NCBI GenBank assembly: GCA_965248195.1
Contig: CBDFIQ010000002.1
Coordinates: forward strand, 2,624,001-2,688,000
Length of the DNA stretch: 64,000 bases
Origin: Longimicrobiales bacterium
Lineage (GTDB): Bacteria > Gemmatimonadota > Gemmatimonadetes > Longimicrobiales > Gaopeijiaceae
Reading direction: 5' to 3'
In this document: piece after piece, positions 1 to 9,345 of the stretch
Layout of the letters: the number at the start of each line of letters is the position of its first letter
How positions within the stretch are numbered: position 1 is the first letter of the stretch
The notes under the pieces: model-generated
What the model was told of the DNA's origin: nothing
Databases searched by the model: none
The model's input: the letters and a program-made list of their open reading frames with translations, nothing else
Translations under genes and position numbers: made by a program

Positions 1-503
1 GCAGCCACGCAGGCGCCGCAACCGATGCAGGACGCTGCGTCGAGAGCCAGCTCGACCGTCTCGGGCTCGATGGGGACGGAGTTCGGATCCGGTTTGGGAC
101 CGGCATGCACGCTTATGAATCCTCCGGCCTGCATGATCCGGTCGAACGCGCTTCGATCCACGATCAGGTCGCGGACCAGCGGAAACGCTGCTGCCCGGAA
201 GGGCTCGACAATAATCACATCGCCGTCCCGAAAGTGACGCATGTAGATCTGGCATGTGGCCGATTCGGGCAGAGGGCCGTGGGCCTGCCCGTTGATCACC
301 ATGGAGCACGATCCACAGATTCCTTCACGGCAGTCGGAGTCGAAAGCAACGGGCTCATCTCCTTCCGTGGTGAGCTGCTCGTTGAGGAGATCCATCATCT
401 CGAGGAACGACGTGTCCGGGCTGATGTCGTCGACTGCATAATCCTCGAGAGAACCTGACACATCGGGCCCGGGCTGCCTCCAAACCCTCAGCGTGAATCT
501 CAT
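1..503 (-). CDS. sdhB: Succinate dehydrogenase/fumarate reductase iron-sulfur subunit (runs off the left edge)
   Basis: Not in the ORF track. Manual translation from ATG at 503 gives MRFTLRVWRQPGP...FDSDCREGICGSCSMVING (2Fe-2S motif) ...CIGCGACVAA (4Fe-4S motif). Lies directly downstream of sdhA. Confidence 0.95.
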   Translation of the reverse strand, partial: MRFTLRVWRQPGPDVSGSLEDYAVDDISPDTSFLEMMDLLNEQLTTEGDEPVAFDSDCREGICGSCSMVINGQAHGPLPESATCQIYMRHFRDGDVIIVEPFRAAAFPLVRDLIVDRSAFDRIMQAGGFISVHAGPKPDPNSVPIEPETVELALDAASCIGCGACVA

Positions 504-518
504 CGGCCTGTCATCTCT

Positions 519-2438
519 TCAAGCCTTGTAGTTTCGTTGCGCCAACGGCAGAGCGTGGAAGGTCAGTGGCTCCTCATCGAGGGCGGGCGGCTCGTCGGGG
601 CCCTTGAATTCCCAGACCGACACGTGCGCGAAGTCCAGGTCATCGCGCAACGCCTCGCCCTCCTCCGTCTGATGCTCCTCGCGGAAGTGACCACCGCACG
701 ACTCCTCCCGGGTCAGGGCGTCGAGACACATCAGCTCCCCGAGCTCGAGGAAATCGGCTAGACGACCGGCGTGTTCGAGCGACTGATTGAGGTGCTCACC
801 GGTGCCGTTGATACACAAATTGGACCGAAACTCGTCCCGGAGCCGTGGGATGATCTCGAGGGCTTCACGCAGGCCCTCCGCTGAACGGGACATTCCACAG
901 TGATCCCAAACGACTCGTCCCAGCTCCCGATGGAGAGACTCTACGGTTCGCGTACCCCCGATCCCGAGGAGACTCTCGATCTGGTCTCGGACCTCGCGCT
1001 CGGCGTCGCGGAAAGCCGAGTGGTCAGTGTCCACGTCCCCGTAGGGGTGCCGGCTCAGATAGTCCCCGATTGTGATCGGTAGGATGAAGTACCCGTCGGC
1101 GAGGCATTGCATCATGGAGCTCGCTCCCAATCGGTTCGCCCCGTGATCCGAGAAGTTCGCCTCTCCGATCGCGTACAGACCCGGCACCGTGGTCATCAGG
1201 TTGTAGTCGACCCACAGCCCACCCATCGTGTAGTGGGGTGCCGGGTAGATCTGCATCGGCGCGTTCCAGGGACTCTCACCGGTGATCCGTTCGTAGATCT
1301 CGAAGAGGTTCTCGTAGCGGTCTTCCATCACATCGCGTCCGTGCTCCGCGATCGCGTCGCGAAAGTCGAGATAGACGCCGCGGCCTGTCGGACCGACCCC
1401 GAGCCCCTGATCGCACACGTCTTTGGTGTTCCGAGAAGCCACGTCCCGCGGGACCAGATTGCCGAACCGGGGATACTCCTCCTCGAGGTAGTAGTAGCGT
1501 TCCTCCTCGGGAATCTGGCCAGGTGGACGGGTGTCCTCACCGTTACGCGGAACCCAGATACGCCCATCGTTCCGCAGCGACTCACTCATCAAGGTGAGCT
1601 TCGACTGATGTTGCCCCGAGGCGGGGATACAGGTCGGATGAATCTGAGTGAAGCAGGGATTCGCGAACTTGGCCCCACGCTTGTACGCTCGCCAGGTCGC
1701 CGTGACGTTACAGCCTCTCGCGTTGGTCGACAGGTAGTAGACGTTGGAGTAGCCCCCGGTCGCGAGCACGACCGCCTCCGCCGCATGAGATTGGACCCGG
1801 CCGGTTACGAGATCCCGAACCACGATCCCTCGCGCGCGCCCGTCGATGACCACGACATCGAGCAGCTCGGTGCGGGTGTGCATCTGCACCTGCCCGGCTT
1901 CGATCTGTTCCGCTAGCGCCGAGCATGCACCCAAGAGCAGTTGCTGGCCAGTTTCGCCACGCGAGTAGAAGGTCCGCTCCACCAGGACCCCGCCGAAGGA
2001 GCGATTCGCGAGCATCCCGCCGTACTCACGGGCAAAGGGTACGCCCTGCGCTACCGCCTGATCGATGATGTTTGCGCTCAGCTCGGCTAGCCGCCACACG
2101 TTCGCCTCCCGAGACCGGAAGTCACCGCCCTTCTGGGTGTCGTAGAAGAGGCGATAGACCGAGTCGCCATCGTTTCGGTAGTCCTTGGCGGCGTTGATCC
2201 CTCCCTGGGCTGCGATACTGTGGGCCCGACGGGCGCTGTCCTGGAAGCAGAAGCATTCCACACGGTAACCCATCGCGCCCAGCGAGGAGGCCGCTGCGGA
2301 GCCGGCCAATCCGGTGCCCACCACGATGACCCTGTGCTGCGGCCGATTACGGGGTCCGACCAGGCGCAGATGCTCCCGATGCGTCTCCCACATGTGCTCG
2401 ATCGGCGCCTCGGGGATCTTCGCGTCCAGCAGCATCAC
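519..2438 (-). CDS. sdhA: Succinate dehydrogenase/fumarate reductase flavoprotein subunit
   Basis: GTGLAG FAD-binding motif, [11 protein letters not shown] covalent-FAD His, QIHPT, SESLR, HYTMGG, HGANRLG and [10 protein letters not shown] motifs. Confidence 0.97.
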   Translation of the reverse strand: MMLLDAKIPEAPIEHMWETHREHLRLVGPRNRPQHRVIVVGTGLAGSAAASSLGAMGYRVECFCFQDSARRAHSIAAQGGINAAKDYRNDGDSVYRLFYDTQKGGDFRSREANVWRLAELSANIIDQAVAQGVPFAREYGGMLANRSFGGVLVERTFYSRGETGQQLLLGACSALAEQIEAGQVQMHTRTELLDVVVIDGRARGIVVRDLVTGRVQSHAAEAVVLATGGYSNVYYLSTNARGCNVTATWRAYKRGAKFANPCFTQIHPTCIPASGQHQSKLTLMSESLRNDGRIWVPRNGEDTRPPGQIPEEERYYYLEEEYPRFGNLVPRDVASRNTKDVCDQGLGVGPTGRGVYLDFRDAIAEHGRDVMEDRYENLFEIYERITGESPWNAPMQIYPAPHYTMGGLWVDYNLMTTVPGLYAIGEANFSDHGANRLGASSMMQCLADGYFILPITIGDYLSRHPYGDVDTDHSAFRDAEREVRDQIESLLGIGGTRTVESLHRELGRVVWDHCGMSRSAEGLREALEIIPRLRDEFRSNLCINGTGEHLNQSLEHAGRLADFLELGELMCLDALTREESCGGHFREEHQTEEGEALRDDLDFAHVSVWEFKGPDEPPALDEEPLTFHALPLAQRNYKA

Positions 2439-3214
2439 TCTCTCCCCGTCTCAATCTGCCCCAGGGGCTCGGTCGGAGGGTCGAGGGCACCCGTGATGAC
2501 CGAGATCGGGAGGATGACGAATCCCACGAACAGGGCTACGGAGATGATCGTGGCGAACCAACGAAGCCCGCGGTTCCGATCAGGATCGTCGAGCCCGAGC
2601 GTCTGGAACATGCTCCAGGCGCCATGACGGAGGTGTAGCGTGACGAGCCCCATGGCTACGACGTACACGACGACGAAGGGCCAGCGCGTAAAGGCGTAGT
2701 AGAGGTTCGCGTAGACCTGGCCCTCCTCGAAGTTGGCGGGGTCGATCGTGCCGGTGGTGAAGTGGAGGAGATGGAAGACGATGAAACCGAGAAGAAGTGT
2801 CCCGGTGAGCATCATCCACTTCGCTGAACGCGTAGCCCGCACGTGGCGCTGGTTCGTATATCGGACCGGTCGCGCGGCCCGGCTCGCGACCGAAAGCTGG
2901 ACCACGAAGACCACATGGAGAACCAGAGCGGTGAGCAGGATCAGTCGAACCGTCCACAGGGCCCCGTAGTGCGGGAGGATGGGCTCGCCGGCCGAGCGCA
3001 AGAACGCTGCGTATACGTCGATGTCGCGGACGCCCGGCTCCGGATCGGGCAAGAAGACCTTGAGATTTCCGGCTACGTGGGCCACGAGGTATCCGATCAA
3101 GATGGCGCCCGTGACCGCGACCACGGCCTTCTTGCCAAGCGTGCTCTGATAAAAACCCACTCGCCTCACACTCGCTTGAAAGGTAGGGCCGTAACTTTGG
3201 ACGGCATGGGTCAC
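2435..3214 (-). CDS. sdhC: Succinate dehydrogenase cytochrome b subunit (single-subunit anchor, b558 type)
   Basis: About five hydrophobic helices with His ligands (VAHVAGN, VLHV, VFHLLHF, LHLRHG) and WSMFQTLG. Overlaps the sdhA start by 4 bp. Confidence 0.93.
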   Translation of the reverse strand: MTHAVQSYGPTFQASVRRVGFYQSTLGKKAVVAVTGAILIGYLVAHVAGNLKVFLPDPEPGVRDIDVYAAFLRSAGEPILPHYGALWTVRLILLTALVLHVVFVVQLSVASRAARPVRYTNQRHVRATRSAKWMMLTGTLLLGFIVFHLLHFTTGTIDPANFEEGQVYANLYYAFTRWPFVVVYVVAMGLVTLHLRHGAWSMFQTLGLDDPDRNRGLRWFATIISVALFVGFVILPISVITGALDPPTEPLGQIETGRE

Positions 3215-3299
3215 CTTTCAGCGGTGCGGAAGCACCGGTGCCGTGGCCGATCCCTCCTAAGACGTCCGCACTCAGGGACTTCTTACGGGACTAGTGGGG

Positions 3300-3776
3300 T
3301 TATTGGTCACCGTCGCTGGCAGGGTCGTCCCAGATCTTCATCTGCCTCAGCGCGTCCATGGACGTCGGCAATTCGGATTCGCCCGCCGGAAAGTCGTTCA
3401 GCTCGAGCATGTACGCGACGATGTCGGCATAGGTCTGCGCAGGCAGGCCCCCCGGATTGTCATCGGGCATGGAGTAGAGGATGAATTCATAGATGTCCCC
3501 GACCGACCGGTTACGCCAGCGCCGCTCGAAAGAGGATCCGGCAAACTCGGAGGACGCATGGCAGCTGACACAGTTGTCTCGGAAAAGTCCGTTTCCACGG
3601 GAAGCCTGGCGGCTCGTGAAGAACGTGTTCCCCACCGAAGCTTCGGCCGCCGGTGCGGCGTCGGCAACGGGCGCGTCCGCCGCCGGGGCGGCAGCGCTCG
3701 CGGGCGATCCTTCGGGTGTGGAGGCGCATCCTGCGAGCATTACCACCAACACAGCATTGATGAGATTCTTTTTCAT
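3300..3776 (-). CDS. Monohaem cytochrome c lipoprotein
   Basis: Start MKKNL at 3776, lipobox LAGC, Ala/Pro linker, CVSCH haem motif, distal Met in SMPDDNPG. Confidence 0.88.
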   Translation of the reverse strand: MKKNLINAVLVVMLAGCASTPEGSPASAAAPAADAPVADAAPAAEASVGNTFFTSRQASRGNGLFRDNCVSCHASSEFAGSSFERRWRNRSVGDIYEFILYSMPDDNPGGLPAQTYADIVAYMLELNDFPAGESELPTSMDALRQMKIWDDPASDGDQ

Positions 3777-4042
3777 TGATGTCCCTTGGAGTGAGTCCCC
3801 ACACTTTGCGAAAACAACGAGCACGTGGCAAGGGGAGGATACGCAACTCTTCGAGAGCCGGGCATGTCTGATGGAATGAGTGACTCGCCGAGGAGCCTTG
3901 CTCCAAGGCGTGGACGTCGAGGGTACCGGCGTTGGCGGTCCCGCAACATATACGATCCCGCTAAGGTATTGTCCGTGGACTTCGCGTAAGACAACGTCTT
4001 CGATCGTGACGCCGCGCCATCATATCGAAAACCTTTTGACGG

Positions 4043-6424
4043 ATGGAAACTGTGAGGGAATCGAGTGTAAAGTGGGCCGTTCTGGCCTTGGGCCTTCTGA
4101 TGACGACGCCCCTCGCTGGGCAAGGATACGGACATTCCCTAGCCGTGGGGGACGGCGAGGTGATTGTCGGGGAGTCACTGAGTGAGACGTCCCCCGGGTA
4201 CGTCTACGTCTTCCGGAGGGATTCCGGAGGGGCCTGGGCCGAGGTCCAACGCTTCGAGGCATCCAACTCGGCCGTCGGGGACCATTTCGGTAGAACCCTG
4301 ACGCTCTCCGGGGACCAACTCCTGGTCGGGTCGACCATTCTTCAGGCGATCTACGTGTTCGAGAAGGACGCAAGCGGCCAGTGGATTGAAACGCAAACCC
4401 TGACCGTGAGCGACAACATCCCTGGAAATTACATCGGCCGGATCTCGGCGGGGGACGGAGACCACTTCCTGACGGCTTCGTGGGCGAACTCGGAAGGCCG
4501 CGGTGCGGTCTACGTGTTCGAGCGGGTCCCGTCCACGGGCCTGTGGACCGAGACCGCCAAGCTCATCGGAAGCGACGTTTTGCCGAATGATCTGTTCGGC
4601 ATGTCCATCGCGGTGGAAGGTGATCTGGCTCTCATCGGCACGGCGCAGCAGGCCAACGGTACTGGAGCCGTTTACGTGTTCAGACGGGATCCAGCCACCG
4701 GGAACTGGTCGGAGCAGACAAAGCTCACGGGACCGGGAACCGGGCCCAACAGCCGGTTCGGCGCAGCCGTGGGGCTCGATGGTGGTGTTGCTCTCGTCGC
4801 TGCCTCCACGCACGAGCTGGGAGTGGGTGTGGTGTTCGGGTTTTCCTACGACGAATCGACTGGGGAGTGGCGGGCCGGCCCTGCCCTGAGGCCCTTCGAT
4901 GGAGGTAATCCGGGCACGCAGTTTGGGACGGCCATACACTTCGGGACCAACGAGGCATGGTTCGGCGCTCCTGGTGCGGCCGATTTCGAGGGACGCGCTT
5001 ATGTGATGTCTCGCGGCCCTTCGGGGGATTGGACCGGAGCCAGCAAGCTCATCGGGTCCGAGCTCGCACCGGGTGATGAATTCAGCCGTACCCTCGCGGT
5101 GCAGGACGATGTCGCCGCGTTGGGCGTCACTGGAGACGATTTCGATCTCGGTTCGGTGGCGATCTTCGAACGGCAAGGCGGAGTGTGGTCGGAAGTGGCG
5201 AGGGTATTCCCGGAGACGGCCGAGGCCATGGCCTCGATCACGGGCGGACAAGTGGACTGCGAGGGGGGGGCGGCGGAGGCTTTCACCTGCAGCGACCTGG
5301 ACATGCTGTCGTTCCTGTCCGTCGCGGATCTCGGAGCGGGACGCGGAGTCGAAGTGAACGACGTCTGGGGATGGACCGACCCCGACTCGGGCCGGGAATA
5401 CGCGCTCGTCGGGCGCTACGATGGCACCTCCTTCGTAGACGTCAGTGACCCCTTGAATCCCAGGTACGTAGGAAACCTGCCGCTCACGGAGGGCGCCAGG
5501 GGGGACGTCTGGAGGGACATCAAGGTCTACCGAGACCACGCCTTCATCGTGGCCGATGGCGCGGGTCAGCACGGGATGCAGATCTTCGACCTCACCAAGC
5601 TGAGGGACGTGCGGGGGGACCCGGTGACCTTCGAGGAGGACGCTCACTACAGCCAGATCGCGAGTGCTCACAACGTCGTGATCAACGAGGAGACCGGGTT
5701 CGCCTACGCAGTGGGGGCGAGTGAGGGCGGTGAAACCTGCGGCGGCGGCCTCCACATGATCAACATCCAGGATCCACGGAGTCCGCTCTTTGCTGGCTGT
5801 TTCCAGGATATGGGCACGGGCCGCCAGGGTACGGGCTACAGCCACGACGCCCAGTGTGTCACCTACCACGGCCCCGACGAGGACCACCAGGGCCAGGAGA
5901 TTTGCTTCGGCTCCAACGAGACCGCGTTGAGCATCGCCGACGTCACGGACAAAGCCAGCCCGGTCTCACTCTCGACGGCGACGTATCCCAACGTGGCCTA
6001 CGCCCATCAGGGCTGGCTCGACGAGGAGCACCGCTACTTCTACATGAACGATGAGCTCGACGAGATCGGGGGCAACGTCGACCGGACGCGCACACTGATC
6101 TGGGACATCGTCGATCTGGACGACCCGATTCTGGTGAGGGAGTACTTCGCCGACAACGAGTCCTCGGACCACAATCTCTACATCCTGGGCGATCTCATGT
6201 ACCAGTCCAACTACGTGAGCGGACTTCGCATCCTGGATATCTCGGATCGGGAAAACCCTGAGGTGGTAGGGTTCTTCGACACGGTCCCAGGGACTCCCGA
6301 CAGGCCCGGCTTCGATGGATCCTGGAGCAACTATCCGTTTTTTGAGAGTGGGATCATCATCGTGAACAGCGGTAAGGAGGGAATGTTCATCCTGCGCAAG
6401 CGGGAGCGGACGCTTCTCCCGTGA
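4043..6424 (+). CDS. Secreted FG-GAP repeat / choice-of-anchor B family protein
   Basis: Signal peptide; repeated FG...GAVYVF beta-propeller units; C-terminal NDVWGWTDP..GREYALVG, WRDIKVY, AHNVVIN, HDAQC, HQGWL, WSNYPFF motifs. Confidence 0.85.
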   Translation: METVRESSVKWAVLALGLLMTTPLAGQGYGHSLAVGDGEVIVGESLSETSPGYVYVFRRDSGGAWAEVQRFEASNSAVGDHFGRTLTLSGDQLLVGSTILQAIYVFEKDASGQWIETQTLTVSDNIPGNYIGRISAGDGDHFLTASWANSEGRGAVYVFERVPSTGLWTETAKLIGSDVLPNDLFGMSIAVEGDLALIGTAQQANGTGAVYVFRRDPATGNWSEQTKLTGPGTGPNSRFGAAVGLDGGVALVAASTHELGVGVVFGFSYDESTGEWRAGPALRPFDGGNPGTQFGTAIHFGTNEAWFGAPGAADFEGRAYVMSRGPSGDWTGASKLIGSELAPGDEFSRTLAVQDDVAALGVTGDDFDLGSVAIFERQGGVWSEVARVFPETAEAMASITGGQVDCEGGAAEAFTCSDLDMLSFLSVADLGAGRGVEVNDVWGWTDPDSGREYALVGRYDGTSFVDVSDPLNPRYVGNLPLTEGARGDVWRDIKVYRDHAFIVADGAGQHGMQIFDLTKLRDVRGDPVTFEEDAHYSQIASAHNVVINEETGFAYAVGASEGGETCGGGLHMINIQDPRSPLFAGCFQDMGTGRQGTGYSHDAQCVTYHGPDEDHQGQEICFGSNETALSIADVTDKASPVSLSTATYPNVAYAHQGWLDEEHRYFYMNDELDEIGGNVDRTRTLIWDIVDLDDPILVREYFADNESSDHNLYILGDLMYQSNYVSGLRILDISDRENPEVVGFFDTVPGTPDRPGFDGSWSNYPFFESGIIIVNSGKEGMFILRKRERTLLP

Positions 6425-6475
6425 GTGCACACCACCCTGCCTCACTCCGGCAATACGGCAGTATGGTGTGCGGGC

Positions 6476-7345
6476 CTAGGAGATCCGCGATCGATTCGTG
6501 AGATACGCGAGTCGCGACGAGAGGTCGGCCTGCGAGATGTCCTTCAGATCCGGGGATAAAGAGTCGAGCAGGTGGGCGAGGGCTTCAGTGGCATAGGAGA
6601 AGCCCCTCCGATAGATCTGGAAGTTGACGCTCGTCACCACGTTCGCCATTCCTCGAAGCGTCATATCCACCAAACGGCGATCGAGGTACGCCTTCTCGAA
6701 TCGATTCTCACACTCCTCGATGATATTTTGCATGGCCGACAGCCCGTGAGGCAGGGAAGAACTGGAGATCTCTTGGACGATCGAGATTCGGAGAAGCCCG
6801 TCGTCGGAGTGCGCATAGAGGTCGAGAAATGGCGAGACTCCGAGCTCGACCTGGCTCCCACCCGGGCTCCGTCGAGAGGCTCCCCCGCGTCCCAAGCTCA
6901 TGAGGAGATCACGACGTAGTGTAGGGGCCGACCGGGGGGGCGCCTTCGCATCCTGCACTTCGACACGCGGCCGGCTGAACACGGCGATGGTGGGAGCATC
7001 GTAGGCCATCGACCATCCCGAATCGTCGCGCTCGCCCTGCAGCCCCGCGTCAGTGAAGGCGAACGCCCCCGCCGGACTCTGCCCAGGAATCTCCACGAGG
7101 TCACTTCCAGCGACGAGAACGGTACGGAGCCCGGCCGTGTCGAGGGCTGCGGCAGTGTCCAGCAGCTTGTCCTCTTCGTCCGCCGCGAACCAGATCTCGG
7201 GTACGCCGTAGTTGGCCTTCATCTGCACCTCGGCCGCCGTGAGGCCGAAGTGGGAGGCCACCGCGGCCGCGGCCGCGTCGCCGTGCGGTGGGTCGGAGAT
7301 GAGCAGGTACCGAGCGTTCACGCTACCGATCCATCTCCTCGTCAT
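6476..7345 (-). CDS. Hypothetical protein
   Basis: 289-aa ORF with protein-like composition filling the gap between neighbours; no motif recognised. Confidence 0.6.
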   Translation of the reverse strand: MTRRWIGSVNARYLLISDPPHGDAAAAAVASHFGLTAAEVQMKANYGVPEIWFAADEEDKLLDTAAALDTAGLRTVLVAGSDLVEIPGQSPAGAFAFTDAGLQGERDDSGWSMAYDAPTIAVFSRPRVEVQDAKAPPRSAPTLRRDLLMSLGRGGASRRSPGGSQVELGVSPFLDLYAHSDDGLLRISIVQEISSSSLPHGLSAMQNIIEECENRFEKAYLDRRLVDMTLRGMANVVTSVNFQIYRRGFSYATEALAHLLDSLSPDLKDISQADLSSRLAYLTNRSRIS

Positions 7346-7599
7346 CGACCATCGAACCGCTAGCCATCGGGTATCGAGATCTTGGGGTCACTCTGACATA
7401 CCGCATGTTACTCGATCGATACCTCGTGTTTGGCGAGTATGCAAGCGTGGCCTCCTCCACAGGGCAAGGTCGTCGTCATACGAAGTGGTCGACGGTGGTC
7501 ATTCCTCATCCGCAAGAAATGCCGACCTCTGGCAAAATGTATCGGGACTTGAAGGCTCTCTTTGGCCAAAAAGGCACATGACAGGCGCTTTTCGACGTC

Positions 7600-7786
7600 T
7601 GGCATGGTTTTCGCGACGAATCTTGGTACGAAATAAGCACATCCCCCACCGACTGACCTCGAATCTGGCTGGTGCGTCAGGGGGGCCCCTTGAACAACGG
7701 AGGCCCGACCCATCGCCCGTCCTTTTCTTTGTAAGTGCCTAGCCGCCAAGAGAACTCCGCTACACACACTTGGGGATTCTCTTGCA
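7600..7786 (+). promoter_or_regulatory. Candidate sigma-54 (-24/-12) promoters upstream of the pilin cluster
   Basis: TGGCATGGTTTTCGC (7600-7614), TGGTACGAAATAAGCA (7624-7639) and TGGGGATTCTCTTGCA (7771-7786) all have GG-N10-GC spacing and resemble TGGCACG-N4-TTGC. Confidence 0.4.
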
Positions 7787-7862
7787 CCTTCAGATACTCA
7801 GGTTGGGATCGGTTCGACTAGCACCGGCCGAAGCAGGGACTCGCGTGACAGTTGGTGGTTTC

Positions 7863-8300
7863 ATGGATAAGGCAAGGAATGGCAACGCAGGCCGCACCCC
7901 GAACGACCGAGGGTTTACGCTCATTGGGCTCATCATTGCCCTCACCATAACCGGCGTGTTAGCGACTATCGCCCTCCCGCCGATGGGAAACACGATCCGA
8001 TCCGTGCGCCTGCAAGCGACCACGTCGGACCTGGCGGGAGACCTTGCAAGAGCCCGCATCGAGGCGCTCAAACGCAACCGGGTGGTCGACGTCACGGTGA
8101 CCAGCGCAACCGAGTACGAAATCGAGTTTGTCGGCGAGAGGAAACTCGAGAACGGAGCTGTCTTCCTCGACGCACCGACCCTGGTCCAGTTCGCGGCTTT
8201 TGGCCCCATGCTGACGGGTCCCGAACAGTTCGTCATTGGGCTCGGCGGTGCAACGAGGACGGTATCGCTCACCGCATCCGGGCTTCCGGTCTTGGATTGA
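7863..8300 (+). CDS. FimT/GspH-like minor (pseudo)pilin
   Basis: Prepilin cleavage site RG|FTLIGLII, hydrophobic helix, DLARARIEALKRN helix, C-terminal SLTASG. Glu5 is replaced by Gly. Confidence 0.85.
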   Translation: MDKARNGNAGRTPNDRGFTLIGLIIALTITGVLATIALPPMGNTIRSVRLQATTSDLAGDLARARIEALKRNRVVDVTVTSATEYEIEFVGERKLENGAVFLDAPTLVQFAAFGPMLTGPEQFVIGLGGATRTVSLTASGLPVLD

Positions 8301-8755
8301 TCATGCATAACGGCAGTTCTGAGATGCGGCGCCCGGAACGCAGGGGAAGCGCGGGGTTCACCCTGGTCGAGCTCATCACGGCCCTCGTGATTCTGGCAAC
8401 CGGCATTCTGGCGGCCAACACCCTCGTCATCGGTGTGGCGCGGACCCAACGACGGGCAACCGTCCGTGCGGAGATGACGGAAGTCGGACAGAGCAAGCTC
8501 GAGGAACTCAGGGCCTACGCCACCATGGGAACCGCCGATACCGTTCAATTGCTGGTGGGCGGCTCACTCACCGCTTCGGTGGCGAACCACGCGGACACGG
8601 TGACCGGCGGCAGAGAACGAGAGTTCATCGTGCGTTGGCAGGTGGACGGCGGCACCTACGACGTACGGGAGGTCACGATTCGCATAGTGCCACTGAACGG
8701 CGCAAGGGATGACCTGAGCTATATGGACTTCTACACGCTGGTCTTCATCACATGA
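8297..8755 (+). CDS. PilV-like minor pilin
   Basis: AG|FTLVELITALVILATGILA and QSKLEELR; second position in the cluster. Confidence 0.85.
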   Translation: MIMHNGSSEMRRPERRGSAGFTLVELITALVILATGILAANTLVIGVARTQRRATVRAEMTEVGQSKLEELRAYATMGTADTVQLLVGGSLTASVANHADTVTGGREREFIVRWQVDGGTYDVREVTIRIVPLNGARDDLSYMDFYTLVFIT

Positions 8756-9345
8756 GCGCGACCATGGAGAGGCGGGCGCCGACGCACGGTTTCACCCTCG
8801 TCGAGCTCACCTTCGCGGTGACGCTTCTTTCGGTGGTGTTGGTTGCGGTCCTCAACGCAGTCCTCACGACTCAGCGCATGTACACGGTTCAGTCGACCAT
8901 CGCCCGGGGTCAGGAATCGATCAGGGCGGCCGAGCTCACCATCGGCACGGTGCTCCGGACGGCGGGGGCCGACCCCAACGGCATCGGTACGACGCTCGTC
9001 GATCCCGACCCTCTTGGCCGGGGCACCTTCGACAATCTCAGGGTCGTGTCGGACTTCAATCCCGTCGACGGAGACACCAATGACGTTCTGGAAGACGTCC
9101 TCGTCTGGGTCGACTCCGACACCCTCTATATCCGGTGGAGCGCGGGGGGAACGAACCCGGCGATGACGTATCCGGTCACCAGCATGGAATTTCAATACTT
9201 CGCGAACGACGGCACGGAACTCGGCACAGCCGCGGACGTGGCATCCGGGGCCACCCAAGTGCTGTTTACGATAGTGGCCCCGCGGGATCCGAGATGAGAG
9301 GAAGTAGAGAGGAGAGAATCGTGGATTTATTTGAGAAATCGTTAG
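8752..9345 (+). CDS. PilW-like minor pilin with an in-frame TGA at 9295-9297 (probably premature)
   Basis: HG|FTLVELTF and LRTAGADP. Beyond the TGA the frame continues EEVERRESWIYLRNR to TAG at 9343-9345. Confidence 0.75.

Noticed and set aside
4175..5887. 570-aa antisense ORF and many similar shadow ORFs (9342-10382, 39723-40817, 55908-56978)
   Set aside because: They mirror well-supported genes on the other strand, which is expected in high-GC DNA, and show no motifs.
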